Source of the DNA: Hyaloraphidium curvatum SAG 235-1
Taxonomy: Eukaryota > Fungi > Monoblepharomycota
DNA length: 64,000 nucleotides
Reading direction: 5' to 3'
Assembly (NCBI GenBank): GCA_025558095.1
Contig: JAIVFI010000013.1
Location: forward strand, 434,001-498,000
Of the stretch, positions 11,623 to 25,562 are shown piece after piece. The notes beneath the pieces are model-generated. The model saw nothing but the letters and a program-made list of their open reading frames with translations. It searched no databases and was not told where the DNA came from. A program made the translations under genes and the position numbers. Each line of letters starts with the position of its first letter. Position 1 is the stretch's first letter.

Positions 11623-14600
11623 ATGCCTCTCGACCTCGGGTTCCTCCGGACGAGGAACGTCGAAGTCTTGGTCGCAGGTCGGTGGCACATTCCGTGCCAC
11701 AGAGCCATCGACAGTGCGTGACCCAAAGTGACTAGGTTTCCGTGAGGTCGTTTCGGTCTTCTCGCACCCTGCGGACCAAGCGGGGGGCGCAGCCGAGCTC
11801 GCACGACATTTCTTTGACGCATCGCCATTGGGAGACGAGCTTTTGCAACTTTGGGAATGGCAGATTCAGGTCTGCCGAGCGCAGGACGGTCGGGCGAAGT
11901 TTGACAGCTCCCCTCGCAGCACGACGTCCGCGCCCTTGCGGTTCTTGTCCCGCGGACAATTGCCAACCTTCTGCACCATGCAAAGGACGGTGTCGCCCGC
12001 CCGGCGGCGCGGGGCCTTTCGATGCGTCTCTTGGAGGCGAAGATGCCAATGGTGTACCGGTGCCTCGGGGACAAGGACACGAAGCTGGTTATTGCGACCC
12101 TGGAGCTTCTCACGGCTGTGAACGCTGTCGATCCGGCGTGTGCGCAAGAGATGGCGGATAGGTTTCCTTTCGGTGGCAAGCCCATACGGCGACTGCTTGG
12201 GAAGGAACGAGGCGCGGCCGCGCGCGGGGGATCATCCACGGTGCATTCGGGTAGGTTGTTGACGTCTCGACCGTGTCCGACTGTGGCCAAAGCTGTTCCC
12301 AAGGCAGCAATGCCAGGACGGCCCTATTCCTGTTCGCGTTGTCGTTTTTGGAGCACGGAGACATCGCGACGAAGCGCAAGGTATTGGAGATGCGTGATTT
12401 CTTCGAACCGCTGATGGCAGCGCTTGCGACGGAGAGCGACGACGTCGTTCGTCGCTGCGTTGGAGCCCTGCACCATCGAGTTGTTGCGGACAGGCGCCTC
12501 GAACGGAGCTTCAAAGTCCGCTTTTTCACAGCACGGACACTCGGGCATGTGAGCATCTCGTTTACTTCGATGGGCGACTGTTAATGCCTTCCAGCTGGCG
12601 AGGATCTACAGGACCGCATGTCCGGATGATGTGCTGGAAGAGCTCCACAGCATGATGCTGCAGTTGTGCCTCTCGAAAACGTTCGGCATCAGCTTCCCCG
12701 ACAGGGCATGGTACGCAACGAGGGGAAAGCACGCGATTCGCAACATAGTGGGACACTTGGAGATAGCCGGGCGGTGCAAAGACTCACCCTCTTCGTCTGT
12801 CCGAAGATACTGGCACAGTTCGTCCGTGGTTTGCGAGCAGACGAAGACACTCTCCAGGCGGACCTCTTGTACCACATCTTGCGAGAGCACCGGGAGCTTA
12901 TTCCACTCTACTGGTCAAGCTTCTCACCGGATGGGTTCTCCCGGCGAAGCTCGTCAGCGTGGCTGCTGAACCTCGCTTTGGCCTTGCGAATCTTGGATCT
13001 GCCTTTCCCGGCTGCTGTGGCCGATGACGGCGCAGAGGTGCCGGTCGTTGCCGAAGTCGTGCATTCACTTTTGCCGGTTCCGCTACGACGCGCGGAGCTC
13101 ACGAAGTGGCTGCACGCTGGGGAGCCGCTCCCGGTGTTCATGGCTGCCAGCTTCATATCGGCCGTTCTGGGGAAAACTTCTTGCTTGCTGCGAGACGTAT
13201 CTGCGCATTCATCTGTCCCGTGGAAGGACTTTCGCACTGATTTGGTTGACATGTTGGCGAGAGAGTTACCGGATCTCCAAGTAATCACCGCCGCCTTGGC
13301 GCGATCGCATCGCAATGTGTTGAAAGTGGATGGCCGTGCTGGCGCAGCAAATGCGGCATTGGTGCGGCTTTTGCGAGACTATTTCTTTTTCTTGGGGGCA
13401 GTGGATTCGCGGACCGATCTGCGGAAAATGCTGCCTGGAAACAAGCACATGGATGGATCAGGTCCCCTGGAGCACACTGTGTTGCAGGCTCTTTTGATCG
13501 CTCTTGATGGTCGGTGGCACAGCAGCTCAGGTAAGCTTCAACCGCACGCTCCTCCGACATGGGCCAACAACGGCGAAGCAGGCGAAGGGGCTCGCCCTGT
13601 CCGGCTCTTTCTTGATGCAAGTGCAGCGCGAGGCAACGCTTCATCCGCTCGAGAGCTCGCGAGGATCCTACTTCTGGCTTGTCTGCGTTCCTCCCCTGCC
13701 TTCGAAGGTCACGATAGTGAAGTTTTCACATGGATTGACGCCTTGAGCCTAGTACCGCAGTCGCACCTGGAGACTGTGCTCGACTTTTTGGATGAAGGTG
13801 TTGCAGAGCTTTCAGGGAATTCCACGGGCGCTGCTGCATGGATTGGTTCGTCGCTGTGGTCGGAAAGGAGTTTGCTTTGGCGATGGGGCCTCCAACGCCT
13901 GTTGCAGGATTTCAACAGTGGGCGGGATTCTCGAGATCTCGCCTCGTGTCGGGCTGTATCAGGGTACCTTCGCACTGTGCATGTGGTCCTGGGGACAAGT
14001 GCGGGGGGCATCACACCTTTGGAACCTTACTTTGACGACCTTATGAGTGCTTTGCCGACGAAGCCGGCGCCTCGGAAATTGGCGGAGCTCCTCGAGCTGC
14101 TTTCTGCTCGCCCATCAGCACTAAAGAGGAGGGCCCAAAGTGATCGGGAGCATGTCGGGCGACCCCTATCGCGTGCACCTCGTTCGGCATCAGGTCCGTC
14201 TGCTACGCGCGAGGTGTTTGCGATCAACTTGCGATCCGTTGCGCACCATGGGGATGTTGTTCCCATCCTCGGCCGGGCGGCCATCATCTGTTCGTCCGAT
14301 CGATCTTTCCTTCCATATTCAAGCCTTAACTTCAACGATATGGGCTGTTCGGAAGCATTTGATCTTCTGGCTCTGCGTGCCGGTGCGCAACGGAAGAAGA
14401 TGAGCTTGGAAGTGCCGACGCCCATTTTTGGGCTGAAACCAAGTGGCGACGTGCTCGCACGGCTGGCAGCTTACGGTAGGATTCATTCCCCCCTTTCATC
14501 CCCATTACACCTCTAATGCGTCCTAGCATTCGCGGACGACGTGTGGAGCGCTGATTGGCAGGTCAAGAATCCCAGGCCCCTCGCTTCCCTGCAGCGGCCA

Positions 14601-17600
14601 GATGAGGCCTGGACATCAGCGAAGCTCTACTGCCAAGACGCGCTCCATTGCTCCATCGTCGGCGAGGAAGTTCGGGTCATGCTCGGGGTTTCCGCCACGT
14701 GGAAAGCGTGTCGAAATCGTGGATCGCTTGTCGCGTGGGCAATCAGTCGGCCATCTCACACCGTCGGTACGGGACTTGCATGGCTTCTCCAGGCTGAATC
14801 AGGAAGCGATTGCCTGAAGGCTCGGTTGCAATATGCCTCGGAGCAGCACCTGGTGAATGCCGCCTCCCTTGTCACCTTCAGACCGATCTCGACAGTGGAT
14901 CAGCATAACTACCATGATTCGGGCTCGATTTCTCGGGGACAGGATGTGCCGTCAGGACCTACTTTTCGGAGCAACGGTGCAGCGTGGACACTCGGAAGTG
15001 CTTCGCTCCATGGGCTTGGGCTTGTGGGATACACGGGTGCTTGTGCTGCTTGCCCTCCGCCAATCAACCGGGCGGGGGAGGATCGCCCTCCTTCGCCCCA
15101 AGAAGTTGACCTCGCGCATAAGGCATTCCTCGACGGCGAAGCATCCTTGGCTTCGTTCGGATCGGAAATGCTGCATGCCCTTGACGACCCAGCGTGGTCT
15201 CGCGTGCGGGCGGTTCCGGCAGCTACGTGGCTGCAGATCCGGAGCACAGCCTTGGACAGAAGCGTCTTCTTCGCCTGCTGCAGAGATCGCCTGCACATCA
15301 TGCAACAGCCGTCGGTGCTGTCGCTGAAATGGCAGCTGAACTGCGCCATCAGGGTTTTGCACGTCGCGCTGCTCCTCCACACGCGCGGACCGCCGGACAG
15401 TGCCCTTGCAGACGTGTTTGTAGGACCGTTTTCACTGATCTTGGCTGCGGCCAAAGTGCTGAAGTTGGACAGTGCCCGAGTGGCTTTCAACGTTTTGATC
15501 GACGCCATCGCAGCAGGGGTAAACTCTATGGTTGATCTCCTCGGGCACGTCCTAGCAGGCGCAGACAAAACAGCCACGCGCCTTTTGACGCATAACGACC
15601 TGCTTGCTCGCTTCATGGATGCTGCAGTCGTCAGCCAGTCGTTGGATATCACTTCCGCGACCGCCTTGGGACGTTTACTCTGGACCTCAATGACCGATGC
15701 AACGGTGAGAACCCCGCCCACAGGCACTCATTCCCACGCATACACTCACATTTCAGGCACAGAGCATACGCCGCCTCTCGAATCTTCTGGGCGAGTCGCC
15801 TTCGTTACCGTCCTTCATGGTGCTCCTGGGTTCTTCACTTTCTGCCTTCGGATACCAGCGCAAGTTGGGGCCCAGCCAGAAGTCGCATGGATTGGTTGCT
15901 TTGGTTGATGTTGCCAGTGCGCTCCTTTTGCTGTACCCGCGCCATCCCCGGTCTGCGGTTCTCGTTGACGCCCTTGGACGATGCTTCTGTGGGACAGCAA
16001 ATCCCGTGGACAGACGTATACTCGCTGTCTTCAAGACTTTGGAGGATCGCTTCCATACGAGTGTGCGGCACGCTATGCTCGCTTGGGAGCGTCTCCAAGT
16101 TCCAGTTGCTGGGTCGCGTGGGGAATACGAGGATCCGCGTCTTGCAGAGGTAGTCCTGCCTTTGGTGGCGGAGCTGACGGAAGGGACAATCCCGTGGCGG
16201 AGCGTGATTCGGGACAACCGTCTTGGATTCGTGCTGCTGCAGCTCAGCAGTGCAAGAAATGAAGAGCGGAGAGCGGCGTTGGCCGTGCTGGACAGAGTCT
16301 TTGCCAATTTTGAGGTGAGGGCGGTATGCTACTGAGCTATAGGGCCTTTCGTTGATGCTCGACTCGCCCCAGGATGCTATCGAACTGCGCGAGCATCGCC
16401 AGATAGCGGTTGTGCTCGACAGCGTGCGCAACGCGCTGGCGGTGGTCGACGAGGAAGTTCCACCGCGCATTCCGACGGTGGTTGCTTCGTTTGCTTCACA
16501 TGCCCTACACATCGCCCTGCATCCAGACCATGAGCTGTATGTCGGGATCTGCAAGTTCTTTCTGCAACGACCGGTCCTCGATCTCACGGTGGGAATGATT
16601 TTGGTGGCAGCGCCCTCAGTCCTGATGCCCTAGCTAGGATATCCCGATGCTCTACGAGCTGTTCTATGCGAGCGATGAGAACCACAGATACAAACGGCGG
16701 TGGATTCTACAGCTCCTGGCGAGCGGAGTTGTCGCTTCCGACGACTATGCCCCGTATCGTCGGCGCCACGTGCTGGAGCTTTTGATGGGCCATTTCCTCT
16801 CGACTATGGCCGATCAAGTGGAGCGGGAGTGGATTGTTCGTGTGGGTGGATTCATTCCCTGTCGACGCGATGATTCTCAGTCATGTCGCAGGCTATGTTC
16901 CAATTGGCTTCGATTCCGGGTGTCGCAGCAGCGTTGCTGGATACCGGGTGGCCATCGTGGATCCTCCACGTCGTCCGTCAGGAGCGACCAAGAGTGCCGG
17001 AAGGGCTGGTTGTGGGGCTTTGCAGGACCCTGGTAACTGCCCTGCGCAACGCGATGCTACACGGCGGAGGCGAACAAACGCGTCCCTCGAAGGATATCTT
17101 CACCGGTTCGCTCACACGAACAGTAGCGCTTCTCGTGTTTTGGATGAAGCACCGGACCTTGGGCCGCGAAATCGGCCAGTTTGAGAGGTGCCTCGCTGTT
17201 CAAGTGGTTGCGGCCGCGAAGCATGTTGTCCTCCGGGACAAGGTCGACCTCTGCGGGACGGCCAAGGAGCTCGCGTTCACCGTCGGCATCATCGTATCCA
17301 GATGCGCGGTCGTTGACGCCGTGAAGGACTACGCGAGCGATCCTCGTGCTTCGGATTCCGATTTGACTTCAGAAAGCCTGTGCGATGTCAATCCCCTCAC
17401 TACGCCCCAAGAAGCTCGTCTCGTAGAAGATGCTTTTGACGTTGTGCTGGTGTCCAGCGCGCCTCGGGACGAGGATGAGGGTGCCCTAGTGCGCGTTGCA
17501 AAGTGGGCTTGCGAAGCTTTCTCGCGCTGGGGCCGCTTGCGCTACCCGCTGTCGCGGACAAAGCGCTTTTCGTCATGGCTGAGCATGATTTGTCGATCTA

Positions 17601-17704
17601 CAAGCGGCTGGACTCGGACTCTGCGTCCAGAGGATCCCGTGCGTCTCGCACTGGACAGCATGGTTGCTCAGCTAGGAGCTGTCAGCGTAGAATCCCGCTC
17701 TTGA
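11623..17704 (+). CDS. URB1: Nucleolar pre-ribosomal associated protein 1 (Urb1/Npa1), large multi-exon helical protein
   Basis: N-terminal ARTALFLFALSFLEHGDIATKRKVLE...LHHRVVADRRL. C-terminal LHPDHELYVGICKFFLQRPVLD-IPMLYELFYASDENHRYKRRWILQLL...YRRRHVLELL (NopRA1 domain). Start approximate. Confidence 0.85.
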
Positions 17705-19170
17705 ACCCTGTCCAAAGATCTCTCACGGCATTTTCGGCGACGCTGTCGTCGAGCGGGGGGCAAGGCACCATGTACTGCCACGTCGCCTCCGAGGCCAGCC
17801 GAAGGAAGACGTCGCGGGGAATAGCAAGCACGATCGCATGCTCGCCAGCAACCATATTTGCCGGATTGCACAGCTTGCTTTCGGGAGGCGCCGCCGACGA
17901 CTCCAGGCCGCCGAGAAAGCCGAACGCCTGGCCCTTGTGGACCTTGCCTAGGATCAAAGTGCGCGAAGCCACCATCTTGGTCAAGAAAGCCGAGCCCTCG
18001 ACGACCACGTACACATCTCCTGTGCGGGGCGTGCCCTCGACCACCACGCGCTCGTTCACCGCAAAGTGTCGCGCGTGGAGCTGGGCCTGCAGCTCGTCTG
18101 CGGCATCGGATCTGAAAGTATCGAAAATGGAAAGGGCGGTTCCCCGCGGCGCCGATGTCGTCTTGAGCATGATTTGAGCGTAGACCGCGAGCGGCAGCGA
18201 CAGAAGCTGCGTGTTCTCAACCGTCAGGACCGATGCAGTTCGAGGTGCTTCCGGTGCGGATTCTTCGCCGAACCAATCTCCAGTCTTGTATTGCTTGGCG
18301 ACGAACGGCAAGCTTGCGTCGGAAAACTCGGCCACCGTGCCGTTCAAGACGAGGAAGGCGTTCTCCGCCGGCCTGCCCTCTCGTACGACGAGCCTCCCCG
18401 GTCCGAAAGCATCAAAGCGGCCGAGTGCGAGCATTTTTGCACGCTCCTGCTCTCCGAAGCCTTGTAGTCCCTTCAGTGTGCTTCCGAAGATCGCCAGAGC
18501 GGCAATCTCGTTGGCTGCACGCTCTTTCGGCGGTTTGCAAAGCGTGGAAGCTACGGACGCAGGCAAGCTGCCGCGGCTTCGAAACTCCCTGGAACAAACT
18601 GCAGTCTCACTCGGGTTGCATGCGACGATGCGATTGTGCCAGCTCACTCCAGATTGATCCGCGTGCTCTCGTCTGCTCCGCTCGCAACCTTGAGATCCGC
18701 GGGGAGCCGAACGGTGATGTCGAACGCGTTCCAGCGCCCGAACGATACAATCCGATTGAAGGCAGAATGCCACCGGTCGCGGGCCCTCTCCTTGCGCCAC
18801 TGCATGTTGGAGTTTTGGGCCATCCGCGAGTCCCTGCGGCGGCCGGTCGACGCCCAGTCCGCCAGCGAAGAGGATCGTCTCCGCCTGCGTCCATCGCCGG
18901 TTCCTGGCCTGCTGTTTGGTGCAGCGTGTGGTGCCTGCCCCTGCAGAGCCAGGTCTCTGATGCGTGCGGAAACGGTCTCGTGGTCCGCGATTGTAGTTGT
19001 GGGGTCGCTCGGCGCCGCCGTGCCAGCCTCCGGATGCGAAGGAACGCAATGTTCCCGCATTCTGCGAGCCTGTCGTGTTCTGGTCGAGACTCCGCAGGGT
19101 CGCAGCGCCTCGGAATTGCGGACGTGTTTTGTGTGTGGGATTTCCAGGGCCACAACTCACCGACAGCCAT
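17682..19170 (-). CDS. Protein with two cyclic-nucleotide-binding (cNMP) domains
   Basis: VVREGRPAENAFLVLNGTV...GDWFGE...PRTASV and VVVEGTPRTGDVYVVVEGSA...GQAFG. Start approximate. Confidence 0.75.
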
Positions 19171-19189
19171 CTTGTCGAACGCCACCGCG

Positions 19190-20740
19190 ATGCTTCCCGC
19201 CCCGTCGCCCGCGAGGGCGGTGCTCGGTGCCCTGAGAAGACAGGTCCGGACCATCGCTCAAGTGGCTTGCCCACCGTTGACGCGTGTAGCAGCTCCCAGT
19301 CGCAGCCACCCTACAACGCGCACACGCCTCCTCGACTGTGAGCTCCCTATCCCCTGGTCCCGGGACGTGCGGCCCGTTGCTCAACTTCGCGACTGCCCCG
19401 TCGCACTTGCATCTGCTCCTTTCTGTCGCTTCGATGCCGCCGCCGCCAGGCGAAGCGCGTCGTGACGCTCATCCCGGGAGACGGCATAGGACCCGAGATT
19501 TCCAACGCGGTGAAGAGGATATACTCGGCTGCCCAAGTCCCGATCGAATGGGAAGAGACGGACGTCACGCCCATCATTCGCGACAATCAGACCGCGATCC
19601 CGGACGATGCCTATGTCTCCATCAACAAGAACAAGGTGGCCCTGAAGGGCCCGCTCGAGACCCCAGTCGGGAAAGGCCACCGGTCGCTCAATCTCACGCT
19701 TCGGCAGTGAGTCGCCACGGGCAGTGGCGTCGGGACCGAATGTCATTGACGCGGCGACAGGACGTTTGACCTCTACGCCAACGTCCGCCCTTGCAAGAGC
19801 ATAGACGGTTTCAAGACGCCGTTCGACAATGTCAACACCGTGCTGATTCGCGAGAACACGGAGGGCGAGTACAGCGGGATCGAGCACGAGGTAGGCATTC
19901 CGGCTGTGGGATGGAGATTTCCGGTTAAGTTCCTTCTGGCAGGTCGTTCCCGGGGTCATGCAGTCGATCAAGCTCATCACCCGAGAGGCTTCGATGCGCT
20001 GTATTCGATATGCCTTTGACTATGCCCGGAGCATAAAGCGGCCCAGCGTGAGCGTCGTGCACAAGGCGAATATCATGCGGCAATCGGACGGGCTGTTCCT
20101 GGAGTGTGCGAGGGAGATTGCGAAGGAGTATCCCGATATTACTTTCTACGACGAGCTTCTGGACCGTGTCTGCCTTCGGGTGTGTTGCAATGGACTTCGT
20201 GAGCGTGGGCACGGCTTACGCCCTCCCCAGATCGTGCAGGACCCGTCAAAGTTCTCGCACGTCGTCATGGTAATGCCGAACCTCTACGGCGACATCCTTT
20301 CCGACCTCTGTGCGGGTCTCATCGGGGGCCTGGGGTTGACGCCGTCGGGGAACATTGGCCAGAAGGCCTCCATCTTTGAAAGCGTGAGTGTCTCTGTGGG
20401 GGAAGTGTAGCGGGGCGGTCTCCGTAACTGCTCGTCGTAGGTACACGGGACGGCACCGGATATTGCTGGCCAAGACAAGGCCAACCCCACCGCGCTGCTG
20501 CTGTCGTCGGTGATGATGCTGAAGCACATGGGTCTGGAGTCCTACGGGGACCTGATTGAGAAGGCGACGTTGACTACCATTGCCGAGGGCAAGGTCGGTT
20601 GCCAGCCTCGCAAACTGATAGCACGGGGGTTCATCGCCATTATCCCGCAGGCTCGAACAGGGGATCTGGGCGGATACGCTCGCTGCTCGGAGTTCACGGA
20701 TGAGATCCTCCGCAATCTCGACAAACTCAGGGCCGCTTAG
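19190..20740 (+). CDS. IDH2: Mitochondrial NAD-dependent isocitrate dehydrogenase catalytic subunit
   Basis: Basic presequence. [71 protein letters not shown]. Confidence 0.95.
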
Positions 20741-20793
20741 GATGCTGAATGATGTGTGTTTTGTCTATCCGTCTACACGCAAATCCAACGGGT

Positions 20794-21852
20794 TCAAACC
20801 CTCGATTCGGTCTTGGAGAGCTTTTCGTCCTCGGACTCGATAGAGCGCACATACGTGTAGTACGAGCTCCCCCCAAGGATGAGCACGATGCCCACGATCC
20901 TCTGCGTGGTCACGACGTCGCCGAAGAACCACACGGCGAGGATCGTCTGCAGGACGCCTCGGATGGCCGAAGAGATCATGTGGGTCACGGGGGACGTGAC
21001 CTTGATCTGCAAGAATCCGGCCAGGTTTATCAGGAACCCGAACAGTCCGGTCACCAGGGTTCCCCAGACGAGCGTCCCCAGGCCCCCGCTGCCCAACATG
21101 TCCGAAAGGGCCGCAAACTCGGACCAGAGTCCCGAGATGAGCACGATCGGCACGAGCCCAACAGCGCTGAGCACGTTGTTGTAGAAGACCAAGTCGAGCG
21201 TGCTGTTGTTGACGACTTCGAGGCTCCGCGCGATGACGATGGCATGTAGCGCGGTCGTCACGCTTGAAAGGACGCCGAATGTCACACCCCAGAATGAGAC
21301 CTTTATCTCCTTGTCTTCCAGCAGCGTGCCGACGAGGAAGCCCACCACCACGATCCCGCAGGCCGAGAGGACGGCAACCGAAGACCTCTTCTTCAGCATG
21401 ATCCAGCTGAAGGTGACCGTGAGCGGCAGGATGAGCGAGCGCGCCACCTGGTACAGCGAAGCGTCCACAAAGTGGAGGCAGAGGGTGTTGAACGTCAGGC
21501 CGAAGCAGTTGATCAGGACCAGCGGCGCCAGGGCATAGGATATCTTCGGGTCCAGCTTCCGGGGCGTCTTCCAGACGCCCGACAAGTCGGAGGCATAGAT
21601 AAGGAAAACAGCCACGAGAATCTGAAGCCACAGGAAGAATATCGGCGCCGAGACCTGCAGGAGCACCCTCTTGTTGACCGTCACAAGGACGAGTGCCGTT
21701 GAGATATAGAAGGTCACCGCAAAGACTACAGTCTGGTGGAACGGCACTGTCGATTCCTGCAGTTGCTTGCCCATGTTGTCCCCGTCGTCCTCGGCGTCCG
21801 CCTTTGCGAGCGGAGCTGACTCGCCGTCGTCACCGCGGGCAGCGTCGCTCAT
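20794..21852 (-). CDS. Nucleotide-sugar transporter (SLC35C/GDP-fucose transporter-like, TPT family), intronless
   Basis: ~10 TM helices. FNTLCLHFVDASLYQVARSLILP, YNNVLS, QIKVTSPVTHMISSAIRGVLQT. Confidence 0.85.
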   Translation of the reverse strand: MSDAARGDDGESAPLAKADAEDDGDNMGKQLQESTVPFHQTVVFAVTFYISTALVLVTVNKRVLLQVSAPIFFLWLQILVAVFLIYASDLSGVWKTPRKLDPKISYALAPLVLINCFGLTFNTLCLHFVDASLYQVARSLILPLTVTFSWIMLKKRSSVAVLSACGIVVVGFLVGTLLEDKEIKVSFWGVTFGVLSSVTTALHAIVIARSLEVVNNSTLDLVFYNNVLSAVGLVPIVLISGLWSEFAALSDMLGSGGLGTLVWGTLVTGLFGFLINLAGFLQIKVTSPVTHMISSAIRGVLQTILAVWFFGDVVTTQRIVGIVLILGGSSYYTYVRSIESEDEKLSKTESRV

Positions 21853-22043
21853 ATGGCGACGGCAACCATCGGCGTCCCGTGGTCCGTGGCTCGCTCTATA
21901 GCGGGATGCCGGCCGGCTCGGTGTGTCCTCGTTGGGGTTCTCAATCCTACAGCGCGCGCGCCCTGCATGGTTGCAACCCCTCGATCATCCAGCCGCAGCA
22001 GACACGCCTCCCTGAAGGCCCAACGCCTCTCACCGCGTACAGC

Positions 22044-22880
22044 ATGGCATCCGATGCAACGAGCAACGATGCATCCGACGCGAGCGCGCTGTTCCCACTG
22101 CCGAGCTCGATGACCACGGCCGATGCTCTCAAGATCGTTGCTCAAGAACGCGGCTGGACAGCCGAGGAGATGGCCTCGGACCTTCAGGTGCTCCACCGGG
22201 AGAGGCTCAGGACCATCGGAGACTGCAGGTGCGTGGTTCTGCCGCGCATGTCGACGGCGGCCCGGGGTTGACGTGTGATTCGCACCAAACGCGTCTCGCG
22301 ACGCGTTCCGCCGCGGCTTCCAACAGGTCACTCGGAAAAGACAGCTGGAAGGAGATCAAAGACGTGCCTTTGATCGTCCGAGAGTGAGATTGGATGCTGC
22401 GGCGTTCGAGACTGCGCGGGCCAGCTGACGAGTTCCCCCAGCAATCTGCGACGCCTTGCCTGGGCGGAAGTCGCGGCCGCCGGACCCAAGGGTGAAGTCA
22501 TTTCGAAGAAGCAGTACAAGCAGATGGAAGCGGAGTTCCGCAAGAAGGTCGAGGAAGCCCAGCAGCACGCGGACGCCACGGGTGCAGAGGTCGAGGTGGA
22601 GAACCCGATGCGGGCGGGCTTGCTGTCTTCCCTCGGGACTTTCACCGGTGTGCCTACGCTCGTACGTGGACGCAAGCCGCCGCCGCCACCTGCTGTCCCG
22701 CCGCCTCCTCCCGGACCTCCGGGCCCGTACTACCCCTACCCGGCGCCCCCCCCCGGGGTGGCGCCTCCTTCTCCTCCGCCAGTTGCTGCAACTGCCACAC
22801 CTGCAGCGTCACTCGCGGCTGGAGACGATGAGGCGGTCGTGGTTGGAAAAATTGAAGACTTGCAGTTCGGCAAGAAATGA
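22044..22880 (+). CDS. Hypothetical protein with proline-rich C-terminus, multi-exon
   Basis: Coding-like exons (MASDATS...LHRERLRTIGDCR; ...MEAEFRKKVEE...PPPP...KIEDLQFGKK*) joined by GT-AG introns. Family not recognised. Confidence 0.6.
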
Positions 22881-22919
22881 GCCTACGTGTGTCGTGTATT
22901 GATGGTATCACATTTGTGT

Positions 22920-25438
22920 TCATCTCTTCTGCTTCTTCCCCTTGGGCTGGGAGCGAAAGACAAAGTTGGGGAAGCCTTTGGAAGCTTGGGTTGACACCTC
23001 GTCCAGCATGTCCATCATGCATTCCTGCGGACCGCACGATCGGCTTTAGCAGCAGCCAGATCAGAGTCGCGTGCAGGCGAACCCACCTCCGCTTCCCGTT
23101 CTGCGAGCCTCTCGCACATGGGCCGCCACCGGACCCCGCTCTCGTCCAGATCCTGGGGAGGGAACGCAAAGTCCGGCCCAAAGTTCAGTTTCACCGATCC
23201 CCCACTAAAGAGGCTGACCGTGGGATAGTACCCGATCGTCCCGTCGTCCGCCACCGGAGGCTCGGGCAGGAAAGACTCGAGCGGCTTCCGGTGGTCCTCC
23301 GGGACCGCCGCAGCGGCCGGGATCGGCGCGGCAATGTCCTGAAAGGCGGTCCCTTGCGACACGCCGTTCTTGTAAAAGGTGATGTAGGAGCCGCGCAGGG
23401 TGGGAAAGTCCTTGGAAAGGAGCGACGCGTACCACGGGAGGGTCCGCTGGGTGATCGGCGTCGAGTGCGACTTCAGCGTCGCTGCCTTGTTGGACATCAT
23501 CATCCAGGTCAGCAAAGGAGGGATGTTGATGGGCTGATAGTCCCTGGACTCGAGGAAAAGGCCGCCGCGGAACCTGATGGCCGGCCGGTGGCGCTTGCTC
23601 TTGAACATGGAGACGGACTCCGGCGGCATTTTTGACAGATCGTGGATGAGCTGCGGCCTCTCATCCGATCCGGTGCCCTCTCCGTCGTTCTCCTCCTTGG
23701 GTGCAGGCTCCCTCGGAACCACGTTGCCGGCCATCGGGGGCAGGGAGATGAAGCAGCCGATCACGTCGCCGGATCCGAACGCGTCGGCGTACTTGACCGG
23801 CTGCGACTCGTGCAGCTTCTCCCCCGTGGAATCGCGGTAGCCGTATCCGTACGAGTCGTAGCCGATCGGAGCCCCCAGGGTTGCCTCGCGGCGCGACCAG
23901 CCCAGCCGCACATTGGCACCCGTGCGGCCCTCGTTGTCCGTCCGTCCTTCCGAGCCGCCCTTCAGAACGTGCACTTCAAAGTACCAGTTCCCCTCTGCAG
24001 AGGGCGTAGCGTGAGCATTGGGGAAGCAAAGCAGAGCAGGCACGCAACGTACCCTTGACGCCAACGTTGGACCGCACGCTGCGGAAGCCCGCCTTGTTCG
24101 TCGCGGTCACTCCGTCGTTCAGTACCTCAATCTGAGCGCTCCGATCCGTAGGGCTGAGGAATACGGGGGATCCACCCGCGCGGGACCGGAAGTACTGCTG
24201 CGGCCGGAAGTGGGTGTCCCGGAAGACGCCAGCAGGATTGGATTCGCCGAACTCGTACTGACGAGGTGGTGAGCTGGAACTCCCCCAGGCGTAGCACTTG
24301 CAGCCGTTGCCCACCTTGTAGCCGTCCTTGTTCCAAGGGTGCTCGACGTCCCAGTTGTCCGGCGGGATAAAAGCCCTCTGCGTCTCCTCCACCGTCTTGA
24401 GCGATCTCGAACGGTCTCCGGCGGCGGCGGGCTCAAAGAGCGCCATGGCTTCTAGATCAGCCGCTGCCGCCTCGTCGACGTCCCGCTCCAAACGGCGCTT
24501 CTTGTCTGCCGTCTTTTTGGTCCGCGTCGGCTCCGACGGGGCATCCTGCAGCTCGACGGCCTTGTTCGAACTCTGGAGCTCCTAAACCGCGCGTGAGCCG
24601 AAAATGAACTCATCACTGATGAGCACCGGGCAAAGATCACCTGTATCAGCCCGGGCCTGAGGTTGTAGAGGTTCTTCTCGCAGAGGGTAAAGGGCGACGA
24701 GGCGGAACGGCTCTTCTCGTCGAAAGGAGCAAAGAGGCTGGTGTTTGAGTACAAGCAGCTGCCGACCACAACCCAGGCGTTGGCCGATCGCTCGCTTGAA
24801 GAGAAGAGACGAAAGGTCGGCCCAGCGGCGATGGAACGGGGGGACCCGACCCACCGGTTGCGGCACAGAGACCGCCAGTTCTTGTCGATGAAAGGGCAGA
24901 TGTGTTCGTTCTTCTTGAAGTAGTAGGTCGGATCGTCTCCCGGGATCGTGGCATCGTGCATGGATCGCTTCGCGTCCTGCATCTTCTTCAGGGCCAGGCA
25001 CGCGATGGCCGTGACCACGGATTCCTCCCACGAGCCCGCGGTGCGCTCGAAGCGCTCCTCGCCCGGCCAGTCGCCTTCGTCGTCGGCCATGCCCTTTTCT
25101 GCGCGTACGCACAGCGCGCACGTGAAGTTGTAGTCCATCATGAACGTGATGAGGCCCTCGGCCCTAACGGGGGCGGACAGGCAGCTGGCGTGGAACCAGT
25201 TCCGGCACTTGCGGCACTGCAGGTTGACCTCGTTCAAGTTCCTGTCGCCGCCGCAGTAGCAGTAAAGGCCCTCGAGGTTCTGGGTGTGGTTGAGAATCCA
25301 GTGCCTCGCCTCGGGTTCGTACGGCAGCCCGCGGTCCCCGGGGCGCGGCGCCGGCCGCAGCGGCGACGGGCCGGCGCTGAAGTGCCCGTGCGACGCGTGC
25401 GGCGGCGGGCCCCTGCGCGGCGGCGTCGCCAGCGCCAT
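22920..25438 (-). CDS. ASH2: Set1C/COMPASS subunit Ash2/Bre2 (PHD-like + winged helix + SPRY)
   Basis: YCYCGGDRNL...QCRKCRNWFHASC, ICPFIDKNW. SPRY: GFRSVRSNVGV-EGNWYFEV...RLGWSRREATLGAPIGYD...GYYPTVSLF...NFGPDF. C-terminal Sdc1-binding helix. Confidence 0.92.
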
Positions 25439-25562
25439 CTCTGATCTGTTGATGCTTGGGGTCGCCAGTCCCGCTAGCAATTTCTTTGTGATCGACGCCT
25501 CCCCCCAAAATCTCTAAGCCCATTCCCGAGCCCCGAGGAGCGGCGGGGCGCGGCAGCCTCCA

